From assembly GCF_009914755.1 (NCBI RefSeq), contig NC_060936.1: a stretch of 64,000 nucleotides of DNA; one strand, 5' to 3'. This DNA comes from the human T2T-CHM13v2.0 reference genome, Homo sapiens. The position numbers and the translations under genes were made by a program. Of the stretch, positions 1-21,437 are shown piece by piece. A model generated the notes under the pieces. It did no database searches. It was not told where the DNA came from and was given only the letters and a program-made list of their open reading frames with translations. Position 1 is the first letter of the stretch, and each line of letters begins with the position of its first letter.

Positions 1-3190
<3,190 letters not shown>

Positions 3191-3436
3191 AAACATAATT
3201 ACATTATAATAAATGAAGAAATAAAAAGTCATCCTAGAATAAATGTTACATATGTATGAAAAATTAACACAGATATTATTATCTGTGAAGAAGAGAAACA
3301 GAATAATAAAGTGGAAAAATATTTAAAGATATAAACTTAAATAAATTTTTATTAATGAAAATAAACAGGCCAAAAATTACATAGTGCCTAAAAACAGTTG
3401 AAACAGAGCAGTCAAAACAAAGAAATAGACTTTGCC

Positions 3437-3733
3437 AGGCCGAGGCGGGTAGATCACGAGGTCAGGAGATTGAAACCATCCTGGCTAAAGTGGTGAAACC
3501 CCGTTTCTACTAAAAATACAAAAAAAAAAAAAAAAAAAAAAATTAGCCGGGTGTGGTTGCGGGTGCCTGTAGTCCCAGCTACTTGGGAGGCTGAGGCAGG
3601 AGAATGGCGTGAACCCAGGAGGCGGAGCTTGCAGGGAGCCGAGATTGCGCCACTGCACTACAGCCTGGGCCCCTGGGCAAGACTCCGTCTCAAAACAAAC
3701 AAACAAAGAAACAAAAAACAAAAACAAATAAAT
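3437..3733 (+). mobile_element. 5'-truncated AluY-like element with expanded central A-linker
   Basis: 'gatcacgaggtcaggagat..accatcctggctaa', 'gaatggcgtgaacc'; linker A-run over 20 nt; (CAAA)n tail. Confidence 0.9.
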
Positions 3734-4176
3734 ATCCAACTAGGTATTGCTGGATTTTAAAATACAGTGAACAGAGACTTTTACCAGTCAGACAAAAAGA
3801 TAAAGTCCACAAGGCATAAATCAGGCTTGCTTCATAATTCTTCATCCCATCACTTAATGTTACAAGACATTAGGGGAATGCCTATAAATTTTAAAAGCCA
3901 AAAATCTGTGACAATATTTTTAGATTCAGATAAAATGTAATTTTAATATCAAAGCAGGAATTAAAGAGATAACTCCTAGTAAGTCTTCATGAACACAACC
4001 AGAGAAAAGAGTTCGCTCAAGCAAGTAAAGAGTAGAGAAACTATGGCAGTAAGCAGTGAATCAGTTTAAATGCAGGCTTATGACTAAAATAAACACGATG
4101 TGTTTGATAACATGGTATGTTATCAAATACCATATAAAACAATATAAATTCTTATTTTGTAGAAATAATCTAAACA

Positions 4177-4481
4177 GGCCAGGTGCAGTGGCTCACTCCT
4201 GCAATCCCAGTACTTTGGGAGGCCAAGGAGGGTGGATATCCTGGGGTCAGGAGTTCAAGATCAGCCTGGTCAACATGGTGAAACCCTGTCTCTAATAAAA
4301 ATATAAAAATTAGCCAGGTGTGGCAGTGCACTCCTGTAATACCAGCTACTCAAGAGGCAGGACAAACACTTGAACATGGGAGGCGGAGGTTGCAGTGAGC
4401 CAAAATCGCACCACTGCACTCCAGCATGGGTGATGGAGGGAGACTCTGTCTCAAAAAAAAAAAAAAAAAAAAGAAAGAAAG
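4177..4481 (+). mobile_element. AluS element
   Basis: GGCCAGGTGCAGTGGCTCA start, dimer structure, A tail; degenerate TSD gaaataatctaaaca / gaaagaatcaaaaca. Confidence 0.9.
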
Positions 4482-5161
4482 AATCAAAACAATGAAAGTT
4501 TGGAGGTGAAGAGAAATAATGTAAGAATGCTTATTTCTACAAATTTCACATCCAGTGATAAGAATATATTATTTTATATTGGTCACATCACTTAATAGAG
4601 ATAAGTCATAAGCTAAGTGATATGTCCAATTAAACTAGATGCTAGAAAAGAATAAAACCCATGGAGGAAGGGGAAATACACTAATTTTCATAGTAGACAA
4701 ACACAGATAGAACCAAATAAAAATAATCATTAGCATTAAAATGAAAACAAACATTTATTGATCTTTTTAGTGTACGTCTGATACTATTTCAAGTGACTGT
4801 AGTTGTTACTAACTCAAATTCTGACATTATACTTAGAAATTGTATACCTTATCTCCGTTTTGATGAGAAACAAATTGGGGCTCATAAAGGGTGAGTAATA
4901 TGCTCATAACTTCACAGTGTTAAATGACAGAACTGATATTTAATACTATAATAAAATAATTGGATAAATTGTTGCTTCTAATAATATTCTTTATTGCAAT
5001 AAACATAAAGGTTTTATACATAAAGCAATGAAACAGTCAATACTGTGTATTTGTGGAATTTAGAGCATGGAGTAACAGGGAGCATAGTCTCTTTTACAGA
5101 TCATAGTTTTAAAATTCCAGTGTATACTTTTAAAGATTGGCACTTAAAAATATCAATAATG

Positions 5162-5425
5162 TGGGAGGCCGAGGTGGGCAGATCACGAGGTCAGGAGATG
5201 AAGACCATCCTGGCTAACACAGTGAAACCCTGTCTCTACTAAAAATACAAAAAATTAGCTGGGCGTGGTGGCGGGCACCTGTGGTCCCAGCTATTCGGGA
5301 AGCTGAGGCAGGAGAATGGCGTGAACCCAGGAGGCGGAGCTTGCAGGGAGCCGAGATTGCACCACTGCACTCCAGCCTGGGTGACAGAGCAAGACTCTGT
5401 CTCAAAATAAATAAATAAATAAATA
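5162..5425 (+). mobile_element. 5'-truncated AluY-like element
   Basis: AluY diagnostics, (TAAA)n tail. Confidence 0.9.
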
Positions 5426-6217
5426 ATGCAGCATCAATAAGCAACTTTTTGATTGCATACCTGAAAATGTTTTGACCAGAATCAGAGGGGAGAGCAAATT
5501 AAAGTATGTGATAGATATACTATACTTTTATTATATTTATGTTTTTAAGTAAATACTAATAGTTTTTCCTTATTCTCTGATGACTGCTCCCTATTTCAAA
5601 TTCTCCATTCACTTCTATTCCCAAAGTAGGATTAGTCTAATTTACTCTTTTGCATTTAGCTACATTAAGAGCAATCCTAAAGGAACTCAGTTTCATTTCT
5701 GAAACATTTATTCATCATTACCTATTCCTTGCTAAGTCCTGTGCTTGCCATATACAACATAAATGTTGAATACATAAAATCCCTCACCTTGAGAGGTTAA
5801 AAATCTGAAACAAAATATATAATAAATTATGACTGTGAAAAACACCCATTTGAGAAAAAGGGATGTTACTATGAGAAAATAAAGGAAAAATATTGCCTAA
5901 ATTTTGAGAAAAAAGCTCAAATATAAATATGAGTCAGAAGGTTCTATTATTTCTAATGGATACTTCAAAAATTTGACTGCAAACAAAATGTTAGGGAAGC
6001 AATGATATACTGGAGATCCCAAGATGCCAGAGTCCAGGCACTCTGTTTCCCTGTTGTTCACAGTCAAGCCATGTAAATAAAGAGAATTCCTAAATATTCT
6101 GTCAGTTTATCAATGCGAATAATGATTAAAGTTTTACACCAGTGGTGTAAAACAAAAGCAACACTTCCAACATTAAACAAGGCGTAGAGAATCCATAATG
6201 TTTATATTGAGGTGGAA

Positions 6218-9210
<2,993 letters not shown>

Positions 9211-9816
9211 TTTATGTGGTAGGTGACCCCTTTTGTTGTTATTGCACATGACTATTGTTGATGACATTGTTATTATTGTTATTCTTGCCAAAAACCATGT
9301 GACCCACAGATTTCTAGCACAGAGATGCCTCTGGATAAATAGTTGTTCACAGAAATAAAATAAATCATGAATTAGAGTAAAAAGGCAGAAACATAATAAA
9401 TGGAAGGAAGAAGAAAGGAATAGAGGTGAAAGAGAGAAGCAAAAGATGGAATTATTCTAAGAGATCATATGGAGAAAAACGGAGAACAAAATTCCCTGCA
9501 AATTTTAATTCTAAGAACAAGAAGAGAAAAGCCTGCACATTTCAGTGAAATATTTATCAGAGAAATGTTAGAATAAAGATGAAAAGTTTGGAGTTGGAAT
9601 AACTGAAGAACTTGATAAACCCATTTCTACTTTTTGTCTCTTTCCTTATTTTTAAACAAGGCTAGAACTGGTATAATCTTCAACTTGCTTTCACCTCCAA
9701 TACTCTAAGAAGATAAAATAAAATATAAATAATCATACTTTAGCTCATTCTTAGTCCATGGAGGTCTTTGGTATATATACTGCAAGTGCACACCCACAGA
9801 GGAACAAAGATGTCAG

Positions 9817-10044
9817 AAGGCAAGGAGGAGCAAGTCACATCTTACATGGATGGTGGCAGGCAAAAAGAGAGAGAGCTTGTGTGGGGGAACTCCTCTTTAT
9901 AAAACCATCAGATCTCATGAGACTTATTCATTATCACAAGAACAGCATGAGAAAGACCTGCCCCTGTGTTTCAATTACCTCCCACTAGGTACTTCCTAGA
10001 AATTCAAGATGAGATTTGTGTGGGGACATGGCCAAACCATATCA
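9817..10044 (-). mobile_element. THE1 (MaLR) LTR fragment
   Basis: Reverse complement begins tgatatggtttggc..ccccacacaaatctcatcttgaa. Confidence 0.85.
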
Positions 10045-10372
10045 TACGGGAAGGCTGAGAGACAAAAAACAAACAAAACAAAGCAAAAACCAACAAAAAT
10101 GGAGAAAGTCAACTAAGAAAAGAAAGGTGTATATGTGGTCTTAAATGAACTCAAGGTCGAGAGTTTCTGAAGTTATAATCAGGAGTCAGTAGGGAGTGAG
10201 TGAACAGCAAGATATCCTGCAGTAGGAAGTTCCTACAAAATGTGTAAAGGAGGGTGAGAATACTAAGCCCACCTGTGAGCTAGTCACACAAAAAATAGGA
10301 AAATCTAGTCACAGTCTTTGAAAAACAACCTGGGCTCCCCTAAAAACACAACTGACAGGCTTTCATGTGTAG

Positions 10373-10742
<370 letters not shown>

Positions 10743-11196
10743 AGGAATTAACTTCTTACTGCCCTTTAGCATTTGCAGCATTTCTTGGGTGTAAGTCTAA
10801 TTTGTTTCCTATAATTAAAAAAGTTTTAAAATAATTGTATGACCCTCTTACTCCCAAATAGGTAGTAAAATTACTGGCTGCTCTTTTTAGATGATTATCT
10901 GTGTGTAATAGATTTCTCATTTACACAATTGGACCAGCCATGATAACTAGAATCCTGCCAACATCTTTACAGTGTCTCTCCTGCAGTGGCTGATTTCCTG
11001 TGTTCTCTCTTGAATTCTCTTCTTAACCTGGGAGGTAGAGCTCATGTTTCTCTGGACACATGCAATTTCATAATTGCTTCCTCTCATACTAGGCTCTCTA
11101 CTAATCACCTACTCTAAATCTAGCTCTCTGCCAGACCTATTTATTTCTTTAAGACACTAAAACTCTGCCGAATTAACAGAATTATAACAGAATTCA

Positions 11197-11849
11197 TCAG
11201 TATTCCTGATGAACATAGATGTAAATATTCTTCAAAAAATACTAGTGAACCAAATTCAACAGCATATTCAACAAAAGACCATTCACCATGGTCAAGTGGG
11301 ATTTGTCCCAGGGATGCAGGGATGGTTTAATATATGCAAATCAATAAACATGATACATCACTGTAACTATATTTTGTCTTTTAGCAGAATAAAAGACAAA
11401 ATCAATATAATTATTTAAACAGGTGTGAAAAAAGAATTTGATAAAATTCAATATCTTTTTATTACAAAAACTTTCAACAAATTAGTTTGGAAAGAATGTA
11501 CCTCAACAAACTAAAGGTTATATGTGACAAACCAACAGTTAACATTATACTCAATGGGGGTAAAGCTGAAAGCCTTTACTCTAAAACCTGGAACAGGAAA
11601 GCGATGTCCACTTTTACCACTTCAATTAAACACAATCATATAAGTCCTAGCCAGAGGAATTAGGCAAAAGAAAGAAATAAAAGGCATCAAAACTGGAAAG
11701 GTGGAAGTTAAATTTTCCCTGTTTGCAGATGACATGATCTTATATAGAGAAAGAAATCTAAAGAATCCACCAAAAAACTGTTAGAACTAACAAATGAATT
11801 CAGTAAAGTTGCAGGATACAAAATCAACATACAAAAACTAGTAGCATTT
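11197..11849 (+). mobile_element. Old LINE-1 ORF2 fragment (left part of an L1 split by a retrocopy)
   Basis: [32 protein letters not shown]; ends at caaaaactagtagcattt and resumes at 14175. Confidence 0.85.
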
Positions 11850-12622
11850 TTTTTGAACTTTTAAAAATGATGTTTATTTATATTAGTTTTTAATCAAAGA
11901 AAAACATATACATAGTTAAAAAGAAATCAAATAATGCTGCTGGATTGGTAGTGAAAACCAGCAAACCTCTGCCTTTTCTCTACCCACCCCGATTTCATTT
12001 TTCCAGAGACAATCACTTTTAACCCTTAGCAGTTTCTTATTGTAGTTTTTGTTTTGTTTTGTTTTGTTTTGTTCTGAAAAGACATGTGTATACTGCTTTT
12101 TCTGGACTTTTCTACAACAGACCTTGATTGGCTTGCCGCCATTACACAATCTCTCTTCTCTCCCATCCTCCCAATGTTATAGAATTATTTCTTATAAAAT
12201 CAATATTCAGTAATTACATAATTATGACTAACTTTATATGGCTAGTATTGTTCACAGTTCAGATATACAGTGTAGTTTTTGAATTTTTATTTTTCCTGGG
12301 GTTCATAATTACCTCAGTTTTGTTTTCTTAACAAAAGAAAAATTTGCAGATCACTAATTTATCCCCATGCTCTCTGGAAAATGAAAGCTCTCTAGTCTAT
12401 ATTCAAATACACCAGGTACTCTATCAATTTTTATTTTTTCAAATATTCTACCTGAGTTCTCCATCTTTAGGCATTTCCTGTTGACTTCTTACTGTTCTCC
12501 CCTACCATTCTCCCTCTTTAATACAGTTATATTACTATTTTAGAAACTTTATGGTTACCTTGTAAGTAATAAATGTCTTTTCTCCCTCAACAACAGACCA
12601 TATCTTTCAACTTCCCCCCGCC

Positions 12623-13022
<400 letters not shown>

Positions 13023-13834
13023 TGATATTTTTAAAATATGGCAGATAACATTTGCATTCCACTTGGTAACCTTAATTAAGTAGGCCCCTAATCAATAAAA
13101 ATCATAAACAGGATTTTTATTTTACGGTTATTTAAACGCTATTCACTGAACAGCCAAGCTTTGTGCTAGGAAGGGATTTCTTTTTCTTTGGCTCCAAGCT
13201 CTTGATTGACATCCTGCCACAGGAGCATTGAAATACAGCCCATTTTCTTACACTCTCACCATTCATTCAAAATCTTGCAGCATTTTATATTTGGTACTTG
13301 GAGGAGGATGCTTTTCCTGTACAGTTTTATTTTTTTTCACCTACTTTCTAATTATTATTGTTTTCTCTTGTGGGATGAAGAAGTATATGCCTTCTATATC
13401 ATATCCTTAATACCTTCAGCTTCTTCCTCCTTGAAGCCTTGCTTACGATCCAATCCAATATTCCTGAAGTTTACTGATATTTTTTTCCTGAAAATTTTAG
13501 CCTTTAGAAAAAAAAAAGCGTTCTCTGCCCTTTTTCACATCCTGAAATTTGTCAGGTGTTTATTTTAAGGTTGCATAGTTTCTTAGATCTTTTCAAGGTT
13601 CTTAACTGAAGTTCTCTGTTCCCGGAGTCGCATATTTCCTCTTTCTAGGAATTGCAGGCTCTCCGTGCTCCCAGAGGAGTTCCACTGGCAGTGAAGAGCC
13701 CAGCCACGAAGGGCGCCTGAGCACTCTCAAGACTGTGGGACTCGAGGTAGGCAGCTCTGCTGCGCCGCGGGAGCCCCTGGGAGTCTGCCATCATGCTGTC
13801 CCGGGAGGCCGAGGCCGGCAGCTCAGTGGCGGCT

Positions 13835-14061
<227 letters not shown>

Positions 14062-14174
14062 TCAGGTCCTGGAGCCAAGGTCCGCAGACCTCCCCAGCGA
14101 TGGCCAGGACTGGTGGCGAAGGAAGGCAAAGCAGCCGCTGCAGCTCCGTCCAGTGCAGCAGGAGCAGGTCCTCC

Positions 14175-16165
14175 AAACTAGTAATATTTCTATAGGTTAA
14201 TAGTGAACTACCTAAAAAAAGAAATCAAGAAAGCAATCCCATTTATAATAGTGCCAAAAAACCTAGGTATAAATAATATAATCAAGGAGGTAAAAGATCT
14301 CTACAAAGAAAACTGTGAAACACTGATGAAGGAAATTGAAGAAGGCGCAAATAAATGGAAAGATATCCCATGTTCATGGGTTGGAAAAAATCATGTTAAA
14401 TGTCTGTATTACCCATAGTGATTTACAGATTCAATGAAATCCCTGTCAAAATAGCAATGACATTCTTCATAGAAATAGAAAACAATGTTTAAATTTGTAT
14501 GGAAGCACAAAATACCCTAAAGAGCCAAAGCAATCTTGAGCCAAAAGAACAAAGCTGGAAACATCACAGTACTGAATTTCAAAATATCCTATAAGCTATA
14601 GTAGCCAAACAGCACAGTACTAGCATAAAACAGACACATAGACCAATGGAACAGAATAGAGAATTCAGAAATAAATTTACATATTTACAGCAAACTGATT
14701 TTGACAAGAGTGCCAAGAACATACATTGGGGAAAAGACTGTCTTTTCAATAAATGGTATTGGGAAAATTGGATATCCATATGCAGAAGAACAAAATTAGA
14801 CCTTTATCTCTCACGAGATACAAAAGTCAACTCAAAATGGATTAAATATTTAAATATAAGATTGAAAACTATGAAACTACTAGAAAAAAATATAGGGGAA
14901 TACTTCATGATATTGGTAGGAGCAAGGAGCTTTTGGAAAAGGCCTCAAAAGCATGGGCAACAAAAGCAAAAATGAACACATGGGATTTCATCAAACTAAA
15001 AAGCTTCTGTAAAGCAAAGGAAACAATCAACAGAATGAAGAGTCAATCTACAGAATGGGAGAAAGTATTTACAAACTATACATCTGAAAAGGGTTTAATA
15101 TCCAAAATATATAAGGAACTCAAATAACTCAATAGGAAGAAAACAAAGAACCCGATTTAAAAATGGGTGAAAGACCTGAATGGACATTTTTCAAACGAAC
15201 TTTTGCAAATAGTCCACAGGTATATTAAAAAATGCTCAACATCACTAAACACTAGGGAAATGCAAACCAAAATCACAGTGAGATATCACCTCACTCCAGT
15301 TAGAATGGTTATCAAAAAGACAAAAAAAAAAAAAAAAAACAAGTGTTAGCAAGGAGTGGAGAAAAGGGAAACCTTACATACTACTGTTGGGAGTGTAAAT
15401 TAGTACCATCATTATGGAAAACAGTAGAAGAGTCTTCAAAAAATTAAAAATAGAAATACCATATGATCTAGTAATCCCACTACTGGGTATACAGTCAAAG
15501 GAAAAGAAATAATATCTCCTGCACTCACCTATTTATTGCAGTACTATTCACAATAGCTAAGATATGAAATCAACCTGTGTCCACCAATGGGTGAATGAAG
15601 AAAATGTGATATATATGATATATATCATACATAAATATATACACACATATATTCACACATAGAATGGAATACTATTCATCCATAAAAAACATAAAATCTT
15701 GTCATTTGCAACAACATGGATGAATCTGGAGGACATTATTAGGTGAATTAAGCCAGACACAGAAACAAAAATATTGCATAATCTCACACATATGTGAATC
15801 TAAAACTGTTGATCTCATGGAAGTATAGAGTATAAGGGTGGTTATCAGAGGCTGAAGTGGTTGGGAAGAGGGGGCATGATGAGATAGTCATCAAATAATA
15901 CACAATTACAGTTAGGACGAATACATTTCAAGAGATCAATTGTAGAGCAAGGTGACAATAGTTAATGATGATACGTGGTATTCTTGAAAAATGTAGAGAG
16001 TAGATGTTATTTGCTGTCACCACAAAAATGATAGCTATGTAAGATAATGCATCTATTAATTAGCTAGATTTAACCATTGCACAATGTATATGTACATCAA
16101 AACATCATGTTGTCCATGACATACTACATGTTGTTTATCAACTTAAATACAAATAAATAAAAAAA
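14175..16165 (+). mobile_element. Old LINE-1 (L1MA-type), right part with 3' end
   Basis: ORF2 C-terminal fragments ([15 protein letters not shown]), L1MA-type 3'UTR and A-rich tail. Confidence 0.85.
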
Positions 16166-16732
16166 ATCAGTTCTACAAAGAAAAAAAGTTTGATAGAATT
16201 CATTAGTAGAAAAAAAAACTAGTTGCCCCAAACCACAAATAATTTGCCCTCTCCTCTAATATAATTTTTTGGATATATTCAAGTTTCACATCTGCCCCAT
16301 AAACCCTTCTTTTTGGAGAGCAAAGCCCTGGAGGCTCAGCATATGTTTTAAATTGGTGCTTAATATTCAGAGCCACAGTCAAAATGAAAGAAGCTGGCTC
16401 TGCTCAGATCACTTGTCCATCTGTCTTTCTGTTCTCTTTGCATTAACATTTCCACAATCTTTCCTAAACCTGCCATATCATTAACATGAAACATTCAAGT
16501 GGAAAGAAGCCAACCAGTATCTTCCTACAATCAAAGGGAGGCTGGGAAACTTAGGTGAATCAAATAGAGATAAATCTTCAATGCTACTCTCTTTCAGTGA
16601 CAATGTGAAGGGCTCTGGCTGAAGTGACAGCAGTCGGTTGCTGTCCTGTGGCTAAAAGGAAAGATAAAGGTGTTGAGATGAGACACCTGCTATCTTAAAT
16701 CTGTTGAGAACTGAAATGCCGAGCTTTATCTA

Positions 16733-16799
16733 TTAGGTTAGGGCAAAAGTTGGCATTAGCTTTAATGGCAAAACCGCAATAACTTTTGCACTAACCTAA
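16733..16799. mobile_element. MADE1 (Hsmar1 mariner MITE), internally deleted
   Basis: ttaggtta..gcaaaagt ... acttttgcactaacctaa inverted termini flanked by TA dinucleotides. Confidence 0.85.
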
Positions 16800-18513
16800 T
16801 ATATCCCTATGATCCCCAAACTGGAAGCATCCTAGTAAAAAGAGAGGTCCAAAAAAGTTCCAATACTAAGTCCTGGTTATTCTATTTATTTATGGTCTTT
16901 CTTTGAGTATTTAGTACATTCTTTCTATGTGACAGGACTGCGTTGGTGAATAAGATGATAGGTTCTTTCTCTTCCAAATGCTGAGGAGTATTCATTCGGA
17001 ATCATAGACATTGAATAAATAACTACATATATGAATGTAACAAAATAAAATGAAGGGCCATAAGAAGGATTAAAAATGAGCATAAACTCTTTCCTAGCAC
17101 CTCCACTGTGGAGAAATGGATTCAAACAGAAGAAATTATGGGAGTGAATAGCCTGGCTTGGTTTCTTATCTTACCTCACCTATCTGCATAATATGATAAA
17201 CAAGTTCAATTCTCTTTTCTCCTGTGCAAAGAAGTGAAATTTTTCTCCTTTATGAGACAAAGAATAAAAGCAAGAATGAAGTGAAACTGGTTATCACTAT
17301 TATTTTGACACTGGAAAACATGATAACTAATTAATGGTTTATACTTTCTCAGTGGCAAATGAAGCATGACTTCTTCCATACTCCCAAACCAGATAGCAGT
17401 CCCCAATATCCATGGATCAATCTCCTGAACACCAGAAATGATTTTTGTCATTCTTCTCTTAATGTATCCTTTTCTTCTCATTTATAACCAAGACCCTCAA
17501 AGAAGCGAATGGTTATGACGTCTTCTGGCATTTCCCAATGAAGACGTCTTCAGCTAAGAATTAGGGAGGAAATCATTAAGTTCATTGAAGGCAATACACA
17601 ATTTATTTTTTAGTACAAATGCAGCTCTTCCTCTGGGCTTGGGAATGATATGTGGTACTCCAGTTTGTTGGTTTATTTGTGTCAAAACATGATACAGACA
17701 TTTTCAGCTTTATCTACTGATACTTTCCTTAATCTGATACCCAAGCTAAAAATAACAACTTTGTTCTTTATAGCCAAATAACCAAGGAATCATTAATCTT
17801 GCAGTGCTACAAAATGTCCTTCCAGATTTCTAAATAAAATGCATCATTTAAGTAACCTATATTTGTCTGTATTTTAATACTCTACCATTGAACAGTATTG
17901 AAATAGAATGAATGTGTGGTCATTTATAAGTATTCTTATCATATATCCCTGTCAGTCTCTTTAAACTCCCCAGTGTCTCCATGACAATTCATAGGCCTCA
18001 GGAATATACTGACACTATGTAAAGAATATTACTACAATGATACCTCCTGTGAAAGTGTGATTACAAAGCATAAGTTCAGAAACTTACTAATTGTAGTTGT
18101 GTCTTCAGAAGAAATGATGGTCATGACCTCTGGAAAATAAATAAGATAAATTAAGAAATTACTGATACTCCTACTAAATAGTTGGCCAGCTAATTTCCTA
18201 CCAACTCAGTTAGATTCAAATGATATAAACTAATGATAGATAAAAGGAACAGGAGTAATATAAGAGTATTCCTAAAAAGCATAATTAATAATAATAATTT
18301 CTAACTGTTTTTAAGATAAAACTTTAATTCTACTTAAAAATAATTTTTTACTGATGTGGCAGTCTTCTTTCCCTGGATATATAGTGGTTAAGAAAGAATA
18401 AAATTTCTCAATATCAAAACTTGTGTTTTCACCTCTATCATCAGTATTGAATGAAGTATCTTTAGATCCAGGGTGAAGCTGCTCTTAACTAGCTTCTAAA
18501 GAGTTCCTCAATC

Positions 18514-18823
<310 letters not shown>

Positions 18824-19976
18824 GAGTTCCTCAATCTTTATTCCCATAGACTTACCACTGGAAACTATGAGGCTGGACACACCCGCCATCACAAGAAGAA
18901 CCAGGAAGGTAAATGAAACAAATCTGTGAAATACAGAAGGCTCAAGTAGGTAATACGCTAAGTGCTTGGATATTAGTTGATGGTCCTTTTATATCAGGCA
19001 TGATCTAATAGGACCTGCTTTTCATATTAAGGTTTAGTGATTTGAAACAAGGACAATAAGACTAAAACAAACAACATAGCCTGAGGCCCAATGACAAGGA
19101 CATTGACTTCAAAGCACCTTAGGCATTTAAATGGAATGTGAGGCCAAGATGTCTAAACCAAAGAATTATCTAAAGAAGACTCTCATTTCTTAGGTAACCT
19201 TCAGATATTTTTCTGAGATTTTCTATCAAAAATTATTTGAACTTAAACTTTTAGCTTCTTATAGCCTGTTCCATATAAGTTAGAATGTTCCCCTTTTCCA
19301 AGATGAAGTTATCTTATCCTCCAGATTCCCTTCTCTTCAATATCTTCTAAATTATCCCCTTTCATTTCTCTTTCTTAAAGTCTATATTTCTTGTTATTCC
19401 TGACTTTTAACACATTATGTAATTCATTGTAAATCCTTTTATTAATCATTAAAATAAACAAAACAAAAGAGAAATGGGATCTAGAAGTTAAATCTTCAAA
19501 AAGAAATTTTCCAATCTTTTACCCATCACTGTTCTTATTCCTTTTCAACCTTTCTTTATTCCAGAACACACTACATTTACTATCTTCTCTTCTTCCATTT
19601 TCCATTGATTTCTTATCTTGTGTTAATGTAGTTTTCAACACTGTAACACTATCTTACTTATCTGCTTTATGTAATACTATTGACTATTTCTTGAAAGTCC
19701 TTGATCAATTATTTTCTTCCAACTTCTTTGACTACACCTTTACAGTTTTCTATTTTAGATTATTTTTAATAACCCATTCTTATGATTTTGTTCTGTTCTT
19801 CCTCTTCTCTCATTAATTTACTTTTTTCCCATGTCAACTAATTCATACCAATATATCATTCATGTATTCATTTTTAATTTTTTAACATTTATATTTAACC
19901 AAGACTACCCTTCTTAGTTCCATAGACAGATAAGTAGCAAGGTAGGTGATAGAAAGTTAAAAAGATAGATAGAAAT

Positions 19977-20403
19977 TGTTAGAAAAACTTCAGCCAAAAT
20001 GTAAAGGAGTTTAATGGAGCAATGAATGACTCACAAATCAGGCAGCCCCCAGAATCACAGCAGATTCAGAGAGGCTCCAGGGATGCCTCGTGGTCAGAAC
20101 AAATTTATAGACAAAAAAAGTAAAGTGACATACAGAAATCGGAAGTGAAGCACAGAAACAGCTGGATTAGTTACAGCTTGGCATTTGCCTTATTTGAACA
20201 CAGTTTGAACACTCAGCAGTGTGTATGACTGGTTGAGATATGGCTGCTGAGATTGGCCAAGACTCAGTGATTGTTACAGGTGTATACTCCTGAGTTAGGT
20301 TTTCAATCTTGTCTACCTATTAAATTAGGTTGCAGTTTATCCGTAAGGACTCAAATATAGAAGTATGGAGTCTTTCTCCAGCCATATTTAGTTTGTTTTA
20401 ACA
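19977..20403 (-). mobile_element. ERV1 solo LTR, MER57-like
   Basis: Reverse complement begins TGTTAAAACAAACTAAATATGGC..GACTCCATACTTCTATATTTGAGTCC; TG..CA termini. Confidence 0.75.
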
Positions 20404-20455
20404 ATATTCACCTACTAAGCTGTCTTCTGTTGTCATGAAGACTAGTTTAAGATTT

Positions 20456-20497
20456 ACACACACACACAGACGTGCACACACACACACACACACACAC
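20456..20497. repeat. Interrupted (CA)n microsatellite
   Basis: Direct inspection. Confidence 0.9.
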
Positions 20498-20680
20498 CTC
20501 TTTTGCTTATGAGCAATCAGGCCCCTTAACCAGAGAAATGTAGCTATATAAGATAGCAATAGTTGCATCTTGTATATCCTTTTCTCAGGGCACACTTTTA
20601 TACCTGAAGTAAAGTAAATCATCCAAGATTGGCTGGTAATTATATTTTCTATTTAATAATTTTTCAATTTTTGATTATTA

Positions 20681-21122
20681 CAGTTGTCCCTCAGTATCCA
20701 TCAGGGATTGGTTCCAGTACCCCCTCAGATACCAAAATCCATGGATGCTCAAGTCCTACAGTAGCCCTGTGGCACCCGTGAATAGAAAAAGTCAGCCCTA
20801 TGTATTTATGGGTTTCACATCCCATAAATACTGTGTTTTCCATCCATGTTGGGTCGAATCTATAAATATGGTATCTGTAGATCAGGATGGCTGACTATTT
20901 GCACATAACCTATTCACAACCTCCCATATACTTTAACTCATCTCTAGATTGTTTATGTACCTAATATAATGTAAATTCTATGTAAATTGTTGTTATACCT
21001 CATTGTCTTAAAAAGTCTGTATATGTTCAGTACAAATCATCCATTTTTTATTGGTCAAATATTCTCAATCCATGTTAGTTGAATATGCAGATGCAGAACC
21101 CATGAATATGGGGGGCTGACTG
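20681..21122 (+). mobile_element. Tigger2/MER2/MER8-family non-autonomous DNA transposon (Tigger2a-like)
   Basis: TA|cagttgtccctcagtatcc start and ggctgactg|TA end. Confidence 0.75.
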
Positions 21123-21437
21123 TATTATAAATAATTCTGTGCCATAACAATAAGGCTCCAACTTCAATGAGGGGATTTCTGGTTAACATTAGTAGGAACA
21201 TCTAAACGAATGGGCTTGGCATTATTGACATAAACAATGTAGGCAACTTTGTAGCAGAATTTGAAAAAGTGACACACACACACATGCACACACTTATTAT
21301 ACATATATTAGTGGTGTTTCTTCCAATGACTGGTAGTGATGCTGTGGGAGTTGGGTGGGCATGAGATTGCAAAATCTCCAGTTCAGTGACTTAGAGATGT
21401 CTCAAATTCAGCTTTCCCCAAATCACACTTTTTATAT

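Noticed and set aside
17206-17481. 91-aa ORF, or an olfactory-receptor remnant in the unique region
   Set aside because: No OR motifs, no recognisable homology and no convincing exon structure
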